From: Bigelowiella natans CCMP2755
Lineage: Eukaryota > Protista > Cercozoa
Length of the DNA: 64,000 bases
Direction: 5' to 3'
NCBI GenBank assembly: GCA_000320545.1
Contig: ADNK01001860.1
Coordinates: forward strand, 124,001 to 188,000
The notes under the pieces are model-generated. The model saw nothing but the letters and a program-made list of their open reading frames with translations, was not told where the DNA came from and made no database searches. Positions 38,986 to 51,904 of the stretch are shown in pieces (position 1 is the first letter of the stretch; each line of letters begins with the position of its first letter). A program made the position numbers and the translations under genes.

Positions 38986-40506
38986 ATGGGATGGGGGTGG
39001 CTTCCACCCTCAACAACTCCTCCCTACCTCGTATCATCTCCCCCTTTGGCGAAGTGGCAGCTGGTGGCTTCGAAGTTCTTTGCCTTCAATGTTCGACCTG
39101 CTCTGATCATGCTCCTCCTTGTTCTCTCCGCTCCCGGCAGCGACGAAAGCAGCTGTAAGATTGCTGAAGTTACAATTCATGTCCACAAGCGCATCATGTA
39201 GATGTGTTCTCATTCTCCCCCAAACCCCTTTCATCTTCGATGTCCTTTCATACACCACTAATTCACTCCATCTCTCACCCTGATTGACCACAGACTGACC
39301 ACATCCACCCACACATCTACACAGCGACCAAACGGGGATTGAACGCTGGCGGCAGAGTAAACTCTGTCGGAAAGAAAAGCGCATTCAGAATGGTGGATAG
39401 GCTTTTGAAAAAACGCCAGCGACGTACCAAAAAATCTCAGGAATGGAAGTTGCGCGCTCTCCGACGTTTGCAGAAAAATCAGGATGGCAGCTGTGACAGT
39501 GACGAAGACAGAGATTCGAATGGTGTTGAAATGGTTGAGGCTATGGGCAACAACAGCGATCGTAGCGATGGTAAATATGCAACAGAATAGCACCTCTATA
39601 TTCTCCATGCCCGGAAGATGTGCAACCATGTTTCGAATTAGAGAAGTAGAAGTGGAGGAACATAGCCACGCGGAAACTAAATTAATGGCATATACTATAC
39701 CTGACATTAAATCTCTGATAAGACATTCTGCATGCTCTTTATTATTCGTCAGGAGCCAACATTAGGCAACTTATTTGGAAGGCAGCCAATGTTTTCGAGG
39801 AAGATATGGCTGTCGAACAGATGGGAGACGAGATAAATCCGAAGTATGGATTCGGCAGGAAGAAGCCGAGACCAAAACCGCCAAAACAGCATCCGGTGGA
39901 ATAACATGTTTAGTTACTGTATGATGTTTAAATGATGTTTACCCTCATGTTTGGAAAACTAAGAGCGGGAGCACTTTCTCACTATTTTATTTCCTCCTTT
40001 TCATCATACTGCTACGACGCGCGTGGCCCCTCCTTTTCAGGATGTGGGTCTGCGGCAATCAGCGATGAAGGAGATCCAGAGTTTTTTCGGGATAGAACAA
40101 GGGGAGGAAGGACGCAAGGGCAAGCGCAGCCAAAGCTGTGACGAGGGTGCCAACTGCAAGGAACGGCCCGAATTCTTTGTTAACGAAGACTGCCTCGGAT
40201 CGAGAAAGACGTTCACGAATGATAACAACACTCACAACAATGATAATGATAATAGTAACAGTAGCAGAGTCGGTGATGAAGATGAACCTGCGGAAAGCAG
40301 GGACTACCAGCGTCAAGGATGGCCAGAGCCAAAAGGCAGCAGATATCGACAAGATCATAAAGAAGAAGAAGAAGAAGAAGACGAGGTGATCTGGGGCACA
40401 GAATATGGCCGTCGCGCCCTGCCGAAGGCCCGTGATAAGATACCCAGTTTTCTAGAAGGATTCCTCTTTGCAAATTCCTCTGTGCGGTGGAAGAAGATGT
40501 ACGTAT

Positions 40507-40546
<40 letters not shown>

Positions 40547-41175
40547 TGTGGTATCCGACGACGTATGAGACGTTACTCCTCTATCCCCCCCCCTCCCCCT
40601 CCCTCTCTCTATCTCTCTCTCCCCGTCATTGTAAATTCGTCCCCCCCCCCCCCCCCAATAGTTACGCGTTTGAACTGAAGGATATCGACCATGAGCATAA
40701 GTTTCGGAAGGCTCTCTTTCGAACGGCCCTTCGGCAACCAAATCTGCACAATAGGGGAAAAGCTCTCAGGTTACTTTCAATGCAGCTGCACAGCAAGAGG
40801 AATTTGGACAATGAAAGCAGATTGACGATTTGGTAAAATCAATGGATGTCCCCCCCCCCTTCTCTCAGGAAGCTGAAACTATCGGAGGAGGCTGCACAGC
40901 TCCTCGAACGACACTTTGCAGATGAGATTGCACGGGTTGTCAGAGGAGAAACAGGAGGAGAGAAGGGGAGCAGGGTACACCACTACACTAACAACAACAA
41001 TGCCGTGATTGCGAATATGCGCTATCGTACGATGATGTTGTGCTGCCGTATCAGGGCAATATAAGCCGCGTTTTGAGGCTTGGATTTTGGCACAAACGCT
41101 GGAAGACATTGCTCAGGAAAAAACCGAAGGAGGTTGTAAACAGCCAAGGAGAATGACGACAGACAGACAGACAGA

Positions 41176-41229
<54 letters not shown>

Positions 41230-42051
41230 TGAAGCTGGGAGAGGCTAAATTGAGAGACAGTTGATGGAGAAGATGAAGAATCAGATAGAATAGACACGCA
41301 CGAACAAGGAGAGAGCGAGAGAAAGTTCATGGAACTAAACCAGAGTCAGTCTTAATGTTGTTACTTTAAGGAACAACATTCGTAATAATGCAAAGATTAA
41401 TGTATCATGAAGAACGATGGCTGTCCATAATCTATTACATTGCCGATTAGCTTTGTGTTTCCGACGTACGAGCATCTTCTGCAGCATATTTGATGTGTTG
41501 TGTTTCTGGATTGCAAGTCCGATTACAGAAAGGATGACATCGCGACTCTAGTATGGGGCTGCATCCATAGCACTGAGGAAGTATGTACGATTAATAACGG
41601 CAATACTTTCTTGGTAGAAAGAGACAGGAGGGGGGAACAAAGAAGACAATAGTGCGACATGAGGGTGAAATAGGCAGCAGAGAAACAATTTCCACATCAA
41701 TTATCTTTGCCTTACTCCCTTCTCCTTATTTCTGCTCCTGCTTTTTCTTTAAACCCACAGCTGTGCCAGCCCCTGCGCGATTCCCTTTCCATGCGGAGAC
41801 TGAGGGATGGCGAGATCGACTGCAGACTCGGTTGGGACACATACGTCACATACAATGTTTGGCTCCTCCTCAATATCAAGCCTGCCTACGTAACAAAGCG
41901 CGACCCCGCAAGCTTCGATGACGATGATAGTTGTGATAATAGTGGTGGGGATTATTCGCCCCTCGTCGATGCACCTGCGCCGCCGCCGAGCCACCGCCAG
42001 CTGTTGGACGACACCGCTACTCATGAATCGTTAGAGGATGCGCTTGAATAA
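38986..42051 (+). CDS. Hypothetical multi-exon protein
   Basis: Series of GT-AG-bounded coding-like segments (39339-39570, ~40040-40500, ~40660-40755, ~40870-40935, 41761-42051) separated by SSR-rich introns. No domain recognised; start uncertain. Confidence 0.45.
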
Positions 42052-42410
42052 AAAGTAACCTGTACCTTATTTGTATGTATTAGGGTGTACATATATAATA
42101 GACATTTAAAGTAACATCATATATAGGGTATATATGGTATTAGACAAAGTAATATCGTATATAGGATATATCTGGTATTACGTGTCTGTAATACATAATT
42201 GCCTATCCTCGCTTATCATAAGACGGATGTAAATATCAATTAAATTTGCTCAATAGTCATCCTTATGTCGTAGCTGTGCAATGCAGCGGCTACCAAGCGA
42301 TCATGGAAGAAGTGCACTGGCATGGTGGCCACGTGAGGCACAATGCTGTGCGAGACGGATGTAATGAAGTGATTAAATGCTGTGCAGATCTAGATAGGCA
42401 TGCATATATC

Positions 42411-42470
42411 CACAAAATGGATATTCGATGCACAAAATGGATATTCGATGCACAAAATGGATATTCGATG
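42411..42470 (+). repeat. Exact tandem repeat, 20 bp x3 (CACAAAATGGATATTCGATG)
   Basis: Directly visible. Confidence 0.95.
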
Positions 42471-42700
42471 CAATTATGAATTTTTTAAACTATATTCATG
42501 TGAATGTGCGCGCGCGCGGTCATGTGCATCTAATCTTTTGTTTTTGGCGGAACGTCACGCCATCGGATGCCCATATTTATGTTGTACATGAACCTAATCT
42601 CTAAATCTTGTACATAAATATGTGAGCTCCGCAGTCCCAACATGATCGTGCTTTTGCATCGCCGATCAATCGTTTTTTGCAGTTGCTCTGTTACTTGCCC

Positions 42701-43925
42701 CTACTCGTTGGCATGTAAGTTTACCATGGACAGCCTTGCTTTCTGCGCTTCTACGAGTATGTCCGTTAAAGATTCTCGTCTATTTCTTCGCGTTTTTTTA
42801 CCTACAGCTTTCCCGTATTTTGTAGCGGATGGCGAGTTAAGATCTTCTGATTTTTCGTCTTCCTCATCATCATATCTAGCCAACTTTCTTCCTGTGTACG
42901 CATTTTGAACTCGGAATTGTACTGTAAATATTTCTTGCACACGATGGACCATGTGCATTATGTCGCAGGCTTGACTAAAATCGCGAACATGGATGCCTTC
43001 GATTTGGGTTACCTTCCAACCTTTACCGACACCGTATTCATGAGCATCTGAATTCTTTGATATTTTAGTGACTCTCAGGGACTCGTTTATTTCAAAGCCA
43101 GCAGATAGAGAATGAAATGTCAACACTTTTTCATTCTTCTCATGCAAACCAGTTGGATTAAGCATTCCAACTTTGCATATTCCATTTTCTGCTAGAGCAC
43201 TAGACATGATCTCCCTGGCCTCCCACTTCGAAAGTACGAGAATATCGTTGATTTCCTCGATAATCCAACCCAATCTCACGCCTGAATGGTGCGCAGGGCC
43301 ATTTTTTGCAAGACTTCCGACCGTAAGATCGTCTGCTATTTCGAACCCATCTTCTTTCCTCACATGAAATTCAATCTCTTCAAACTGCTTTACTTTTCTA
43401 TTCACGGTTGGAATAAATTCTCTATGTAGGCAAGACGGCGCGAAAAATAGCATTTCTATAACTACTATTATTACGAATCGCAAGGTTGCATCAAGCGCAA
43501 ACGAAAGAAAAACTGTTACTAAGTAATTCTTCATACAGTCGGGTTGAGTAAATGACTGATAAACAACAGCACCTCCGAAAATCAAAATGAAAAATGCCAT
43601 GATGCATAAAACTATAACATCCCAGAAACTGTAGCTCATATTCTTCAGATCTGGGTGGTCCAGCGGAAGAATAGCGTCCCCGCAGCAGCCTTCCTCACTT
43701 GATACACCAGACTCTGTGACGAATCTTTTCGCAAAATCGGATCCCATATTCAAATGTCTGGTCACGCCTCCCTCGTTGAGTTCACCGGCTGCATTCTTCT
43801 CTATCGCCTCATATTTTTCGTCTTCATAGTCCGCATCAGGAGGTGGTACCTGAGTAATAATCGTATCAAAATTGGTGTGCACGAAAGATAACATCATTTA
43901 TGTTGTGTGAGTGAGTAGATTTGGG

Positions 43926-43971
<46 letters not shown>

Positions 43972-44620
43972 CTCGCCGAGACAGATGATCATGAGAAGTT
44001 GACGAGCATTTCCAATGTCTGGTATCCCTTTCCTGATCTTTACATTTATTGCAAAGATAACCTCATTTGTCTGAACGCTAAAAAATGGTCAATTGCATCA
44101 CCTGGAGCTCTGCGCGTATCGGTCTTCGCATGAAGCGAGAGAAAAGAGATCGGAGGGGATATACTATAATCATGGTCAGATATGCCGTAGAGTATCCTGA
44201 CCATATATCATCTCAAATATATTTAAAAGAGACATGTGGAGATAGAAACCTGTCACTATGTCCTGATAACAGAGCATCAGGGCTTGCACAGCCATCGTGG
44301 CGAAGATAGTAATCATCAGTATCATCTGTCGTTTTACTGAAACAAGGAAATCTCCTCTATGATGGAACATTATTCCAATCCTGCAAAGCAAAAGGTATAT
44401 GTCTCTGATTTTGAATAGATTTACATTATGGGCAAATGACCAGCTGTGGGTTTGGCGTAGACTCCAGCAGAGCCGATTTCCAAAACTTCTCCAAGATCGC
44501 GATTTATACCGCAACTGAAACATCCGGTTTGATTCCCTCCAAAATGCAAGTTCGTTATCATTCTTGGCATGAATAGAGTCCAGAATCTTAAGATTATTGG
44601 ATTGGGGAGTTAAGATGTGC
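42701..44620 (-). CDS. Membrane protein with polycystin-1/REJ-like TM region and two C-terminal PDZ-like domains, possibly 5'-truncated
   Basis: Two PDZ-like segments (GFEIADDLTVGSLAKNGPAHHSGVRLGWIIEEIND; GFEINESLRVTKISKNSDAHEYGVGKGWKVTQIEG), several TM helices, and upstream exons with LRQTHSW..FHHRGDFLVSVKRQMILMITIFATMAVQAL. Confidence 0.62.
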
Positions 44621-44919
44621 ATTGAATTGATGTTGCTAATTTACCCCAGCGAGGCATAACCCGAAGGCAGCGAAGCCTATGACAGCGAGGACGAAAATAT
44701 TCACGATGAGCATTGTCGCACGTCTTGATAAGCTTAACTTTGGATATATTCTTGCTCGGGATGATACCCCCCCCCCACAACAGCTCTATCTGGATTCGGG
44801 ATCTCCTTTCTTTCACAGATGATCTCTTGGAGGTAAGAATCGCTGTCAGTTTTGGAATGCGTTTCGGTTGTCCTTTCCATTTCCCGAATGGTTGATTTTG
44901 CGTTGTCGCATGCCGTAAA

Positions 44920-45850
44920 CCCCTTCCGTTTTGATCCCTTCGACTGGATTGCAACCCTTTTGGAAATGTGTTGTTCATCACGTCTGTTCAATTGTTCATT
45001 GCATTGGAATCTTCAATCTTTGTGCAGTCGATCATCAAGTTGCTTTCTTTCTTTCTTTCAGTGTGAGGTCTGTCTTGGTGCCTGGCTCTCCAGAATGCAA
45101 CACACTCGTTGCCTCCATCTCTCTCACAACCAGAGTCCTGTTGGCTAGTTGGATGAGCCCTCAGGTGACTTGCTAGCTTCTAGAGCTTGGACAAGGATCA
45201 CAGCGTCGACAGACGAGTCGTCAGGATGGATGTACTGCGACTTCCCTCTTGACTCTCAGTTGTGCTGCCTACTTGCTGCCATGGACGCCAATTTTGCAAC
45301 GTGCTCTGCTCGTTTTCACACCAGAGCTAGCAGAGAGCTAGGAGTCCTCGTTGTTTTCAGCTCGAGGCACTGCGCGTTTGCTTCTTTCCAGCTTCGCAAG
45401 TGTCATGCAACACTTTGGAAACGTGGTCGATCAGTGAACTTTCTTTCTTTCTTTCTTTGATGCGAAGTTCAATGATGTTCACTGTTCAATGTTCTAGCTT
45501 CTTTCATCACATCGATCCCTTCTTGCCTTGTGTGTGCGACGACATGCATGGTTTGCAGGAGGCATGCAAGGAAGGGCACTGAGCTCGGACGCTGAGACAC
45601 TGCTGAGACCTGACGGACACTAGCTAGCTGGGATTGACGCATGTGCACTCCATTCCGATCCGTTCGGTGCTTGCAAGCGTGTCGCAAACAAACGCACGCG
45701 TGCATTGCACAATTTCATCTAGTCATGGGAACGCCGCACGCACGCACACCATGCACGTGACAGTCCTGACAGCCACAGCGAAAACACGTGAAGATCGAGC
45801 CTACGACACGTGTGATTTTTTCATCGACGCATCTAGGCATGCTAGCATGC
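44920..45850. mobile_element. Degenerate TpA-eroded repeat- or TE-like island
   Basis: About 14 TA in ~930 bp, 11 of them in CTAG. Shares motifs (TCGAGGCACTGCG...TGCAACACTTTGrAAA) with 59033-59190. Confidence 0.55.
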
Positions 45851-46051
45851 TTGCATGCAACCGGTACTAGGGTAGCATGAAAATGCGCGCAACATTGGGA
45901 TGACTATTGAAAAGATTTAATCACTTCATTACATCTCAGAACGTTCATGACCAATTGAATTTTTAAGAACACACAATGATGTAAAGGCTGAGCGTAATGA
46001 TCATCCAGAAAACCCGATTGTTCGATCAGGCCATATCCCAAATGTTGACAG

Positions 46052-49000
46052 TTAACGATCAACCTCACATGTAGGATTATTGGTTTTCAGCTCTTCAATG
46101 ACGTCGTCTGATACATCGGCGCACCAGAAAACGTCAAGGTGGGTTAATTTAGGGCATGATTTGGCGATCTCACTTATAGATCGATCTGTCACCTTTTTGC
46201 AAGCGTAAACATTAAGGCGGCAAAGATTTTTGCACCTTGATAGGAGAGTAATGGAGTTGTCAGTGATCTTGTCACAGCAAGGAACCATCAATTCTTCCAG
46301 CTCCGTGCAAGTCTGTGATATTTGTGACACAGATGCATCCGTAATCTGATCACACACTGCCAGATTTAGCTTTCTGAGCTGCGGACAGCCTTTTGCAACT
46401 TTGATGATCGATTCATCTGTCAACTTCTCGCACACAGAGAGATTCAACACTTGCACAAGGGGGCAATTTGCCCCGATTTGACCAATACTCTGATCTGTAA
46501 GTCTTTTGCAGTGCCCAAGATTCAAGTTTAGAAGATTTTTGCAATGGCTAGCCAACACTCCGATACTTTGATCCGTAATGTAGTCGCAAAAGCAAAGGTT
46601 GATTCTTTCCAATTTTGGACACTTCCGAGCGAGTTGCGATATTGACACCCCGGTCACTTTCTTGCAGTTTCTGATGTTGAACTCAACGAGGCTGGTGCAA
46701 CCTTCCGCGACGGCCTGGATGGCGTAGTCAGTCAAGTTAGCACACTCTTCCAAAATGAGTGTCTGGAGACCCGAGCACGCAGCAAGACCGCTCACACCAG
46801 CATCGGTGACCTTATGGCAGTGGCTTACATTAAGAGACCGCAATGCCTTGCACTCAGCTGAGATTGCTTTCAAACTCTCGTCAGTAACCCCATTGCATTT
46901 CGAAAGATTCAGATCACGCAGGCTACGCAATTTTCCGAGAAGGGCGCCTGATGTGTCAGTGAATATGTTTCCAGAGAGGCTTAGAGATTCTAATCCAGGG
47001 ATTGCAGCTAGTGCTGGAGCGAGGAGCTTCAGCTCTACGTCCCCCATATTGCAGTTAGTGATGCTGAGAGTCTCAAGTGCATGCACCTTGAGGCACTCCG
47101 CAATCGCGCTCACTTCCAACACATTCAAGTTAGTTGAAGCCAAGTCAATGTGCTTCACACTGGTGTTGTGATGGAGTAAGGAGAACAGCCACACGACGTC
47201 TTGGGAAGTAGCGCGTGAGTACTCTGCCCTGTCCAGCTCGTTGGCGCGTAGTTTCAGCACTGGGATCTTCTGTTTGTACTCCAAGGTTTCGAATTGGGTA
47301 TGTTCGGGCAGCTTGATGCAGGCCTCAGCCACCATCCGGATGTGTTTGTCCGTCATCTGGCACCCGTGAAGATTTAACGATTGAAGTGGAGATTCGCTGG
47401 AGATCACAGCGGCAATTTGCTTGGCGTCATTGTCTGTTAGAGGTCCTATCTTATCTGTACGGTATAGCTGCCAAGGGGTAGATTCATACAGAGAATTCCA
47501 CTTCTCGCGTCCTAAAGACTCTAGGAGGCCGTTGGCTATTCGGCAGGCTTCGATCCAGAACTCTGGTAGCTGTAGCGCGGCGAGAAAGTTGGACAACGCA
47601 ACGCTTAGCTCCACTTGCTTGAAGCCCTCTACTTCCCGAATTAGACTCTTGACCAACTTATCTTCCAGCGCCACCCCCTCTAATCGCCTAGTCGTTTTTG
47701 TCCAAGCCACCAAGGTCTTTTCAGCGCTCTTTACATCGTTGATGGTCGTCTTGTAGAGCAGCTCATGCATTATCTTCCACTGACGCTTGTCCTTGCACGT
47801 AGCGAGGAAGGAGCACAGTAGAATCGTCAGGTTGCGCCCTACCGTGTCTACGGCCTCCACAAATGTTACCAGGGATTGGATGTGCTTAAACGACGATGCC
47901 CCCCCTAGATTTCTGTAGTCGTTGGGACACGACTCGTTCTGAACGCGGGCCTTCCAAGTGCCGAGGATCTCCTTGACAATGTTCACTACGTTGTCGGTGT
48001 CCTTGGCTTCGTACGCCTTCTGACAGGCAAGGAAAAAGGACTGATCGGCTTTTTCCCAGTTGGCGGTCTTGCCCTTTTTTTCGTTCTCTCTTGCTGCTAT
48101 CCTGAGCCGAGTAATGCGGGCTTCTCGCTGGCAGTCTTTGTTCAGAGGATCCGACTGGAGCGTGCGATTGAAGCTGCTAATAGCGAGTGACAACAGCCTA
48201 TCCCCCCCCACTCCGTGGTCTTCATATGCCTCCTGCGACAGGACTTTGGCGTTAGCGTAGTCGATAACGCTCATGTGCTTGACGCGGACAGTGAGAGCGC
48301 GTAAATCCACACTGACAAATTCGTAACCAGGGCCGCTGCGCTCTAGCGATTCCAGACACGCTGGCGTGAGTCGTACGCCTGTGGTGGCAATGACATATTT
48401 GACGATGCTTACGATATCATGTCTCACGGCGCCGAACAGGTTGTGCTGCTCCTCAATTGAGAGGGCCTTCGGGCCGAATCGTAGCTTGAGCTCGAACGGC
48501 AACTCCGTGCCCCAGAAGTTATGCGTCTGGTCGGTCTGGTGAGCACGGGTGACGAGGTTGAGGAAGTCCACGACCATCGCTCGAGATTCGTGGTCGGAAG
48601 GCTGTGTGTTTTCATGGCGAGCGAGCTCCATCCTCATCTCCCTTCTCAGCACGTTCTTCAAAGTCCTTTCACACATCGTGACCAGAAGTGTGCGTCTAGC
48701 CTGATCGGCGCTCGTGTCCTTCCCTGCTCAGTCAAACCACACATTCATCACAACCGATCCTCTCGTCGTCGTTTTGTGTGTGTTGAGTTGTGTTATACAC
48801 GGAGGATGCCAAAGTACTTCACTTTGAACGAATACTGAATATGGTTTATCTTCTGTGGCACTGTCGCTTTACTGTTGACTCTCCGCTTGTTCTCTCGTGT
48901 AATTTTTAATATGTGGGAAAGGGATTTAAGGTGGTTGCGGAGAGAAATACGTGTATATATCATGTCGTAGCAGCAGCAGCAGTAGGAGTGACGGTCGCGA

Positions 49001-49397
49001 TGATTGTATTATTTCTGCTTTTGTGTGGTGACGAAAGCACCTTTGATCAAAGACCGAACGAGACCAACATGTCGCACGTTAATACCTTCAGCAGTAAGAG
49101 GAAAGCAAGGAAAAGAAAATGAGAAAACTATGTTGCGCCGAACAAACGGGCTTGTGTAAAAATGCTGCATCGTCATCATCATGATCAAGCCACCCTATTA
49201 AACACCCTTTTGTTGCTGCTATATGATTTGAATACATAATTTAGTAGGAGGTAGTAGTAGTAGTAGTAGGTAGTAGTAGTAGTAGTAGTAGGTAGTAGTA
49301 GTAGTAGGTAGTAGTAGCTGCAAGTAGCAGTACAATATAATCATTGACAATGTCGCAAGACAACGCTATTATAATTGCTTCATATAATGTGCTAAGA

Positions 49398-49433
<36 letters not shown>

Positions 49434-49458
49434 ATGTGCTACTCTGCTCCAACTAGCT

Positions 49459-49489
<31 letters not shown>

Positions 49490-50027
49490 GACGACGACGA
49501 CGACGACGACGACTATCACTACTCCCACTAGTACCATTTCTGTGTAATTCTTCTGACACGTGAATTCTTTGCAGCTCTTCAACGCTCTTTTTTGAGAACC
49601 TGATGTGTACAGTTATTCCGCGACACACAGTATCAGAAGCTGAAATAATCATCCCTAGAGCAATAACTTCACACAATGGAATCACCACTAGTTCTAGTCT
49701 TAATCTCATCATCTTTTTGTTAACATGAATTGGGGTAGTAATCATTTATCGTATATCCCCCCCCCCCCCCCCCAAAAAAAAAAATCGTCGTTCTTCTCCT
49801 TCCGCTCTTCTTCTTGTTCTTTTTGTATCTTTTTTATTCTCTTTAGTGATTGGTTGTCGCAATGTTGGAGATGGTGGTGGTGGTGGTGGTGGTGGTGAGG
49901 AAACTACTCTTCAGCAAATGCTGGGATCAGCTTCTCGACGAGGATGCGGGTGGCTTTACGTAAGCGATCGTTGTGTTCGTGCCGGTCCTGCAGCCATAGC
50001 GATATCATTACACAATGCTAGCTGTGA

Positions 50028-50061
<34 letters not shown>

Positions 50062-50237
50062 GTAGTCGTCTTGTCGTCTTCGTAGTGTGTCGTGGTAAGC
50101 AGCGACAACGAGCAAGCAACAACCGTGTAGCTTTGGCCCCAATTTGTAAGCGCATCGCAGGAGAGTGGAGGGTGGCCGTTTTCTTTCAGATATCTGGAGT
50201 AGGAGTAGGAGGAGACATTAGCGGATACGAACGACAA

Positions 50238-50274
<37 letters not shown>

Positions 50275-50447
50275 TGATAGGTTAAGAAGTAATAGCGATT
50301 CGTATGATGTTGATGTAGTGTGGTGCTGAATCGGATGTAAGGCTTGACCGCCGTTCCCCGTAGTAGCAGGAAGAAAATAATATGTATTGAAAAGAAATAT
50401 AGAGAGCGAGGGAGAGGAAGGAGAGAGGGCAGAATGGTTAGAGTATA

Positions 50448-50483
<36 letters not shown>

Positions 50484-51482
50484 ACTGTAGGAACTCAGGT
50501 CGCAGCATTCGGAAGAAAACAGCCTGTGTAATGACATAGACGGAGGAAAACAATTACGATGATTCACTAATGGTGGAGACGGCGGCGACAGCGACGACGA
50601 CGATATTTGAAGTTATAGCAATGTAGTTTATTGTTCGCTATTCTCATAACACGATACTGAAACATGTGTCGGGGACGACGGTGATGATGATGGCATGGAG
50701 TTGGTGAAAAGGCTAAGATATCTTATGTGATAGGAACCGAACATACACGCACGCACACACAACTGCTGCTGGATGTAGTAGTAGAAGAAGAACAAAAAGA
50801 AAGCCAGTAGCAGTAGTACTTGTGAAGGTCTATTGAGGTGAGCGGTATCCCACACACTCTCCGGAGGAAACGCACGAGCTAAATCCAGCAGATAATAGCG
50901 ATTGTCCTTACCTGAGGCATGCAATAAGGATAAATTATGTTAAAGGTTGCGCCACAATCCCTCACCACTGGCCCGTTATCATGCGCGCGCTCGTGTGCGT
51001 GTATGTGTGGTTTACCTAAATGGCCTTCGATGTCTCCAGCCGCGTGGAGAAGATTTGGATGTCCATTTTGATCACAGATATAGTGACCTGAGAGCAGAAG
51101 AGGGCGAGAGGAGGGGGAGGAGGAAGAGGAGGAAGGGAAATAGGGTCAGGCGGGTATTCTTTCAGGTAGTAACATCTGTATGGATTGTGCAGCAGATGTG
51201 TGGCGTCTAAGCAACACTAAACAGAATTACACATTATCATCGATATCATCATTATCGCCATCGTGCGTAAAGATTCCATGGTGTGAATGGGGGTGGGGTG
51301 GTAGTTGTGTTGCGCCCCTTCCTTCCTTCCTTTTCCCCCTCTTCGCTCTCCTCTCTTGACAATGAACAGCTGATGCTCGAGAGGTGGTTGTAAGCTACTT
51401 ACCCGCCAGATGCAAGTCATCTGCTATCTCCTCCATGATTTTGTTGAACTAATATGACATACACACACACACACACACACAC

Positions 51483-51532
<50 letters not shown>

Positions 51533-51678
51533 TACACAAATCAGAACAGTGATGCCGTATCCCATCATCTCTTTCTATCTCGCTCCTCAGTAACATAATT
51601 ACTCTGACAATAATGACTACATGCAGCACCTCCTATTCATGTGACCTATAGAAAGAACAGCGTGCATGCATCTTTGCA

Positions 51679-51752
<74 letters not shown>

Positions 51753-51862
51753 CGTGTGCGTGTGTGTGTTTGTGTGTGTTTAGGAACACTACTTTCTCGT
51801 CAGATCTATGGATTATCTTTCCCGCGTCCTTCGATCCTGCAAGCAGTGATAGTAAGTCAATG

Positions 51863-51904
<42 letters not shown>

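Noticed and set aside
42411-42470. 20-bp x3 repeat as CRISPR or telomere
   Set aside because: No spacers and not a telomeric motif; a simple minisatellite.
46755-48260. Plus-strand ORFs opposite the LRR exon
   Set aside because: Antisense shadows of a long coding exon.
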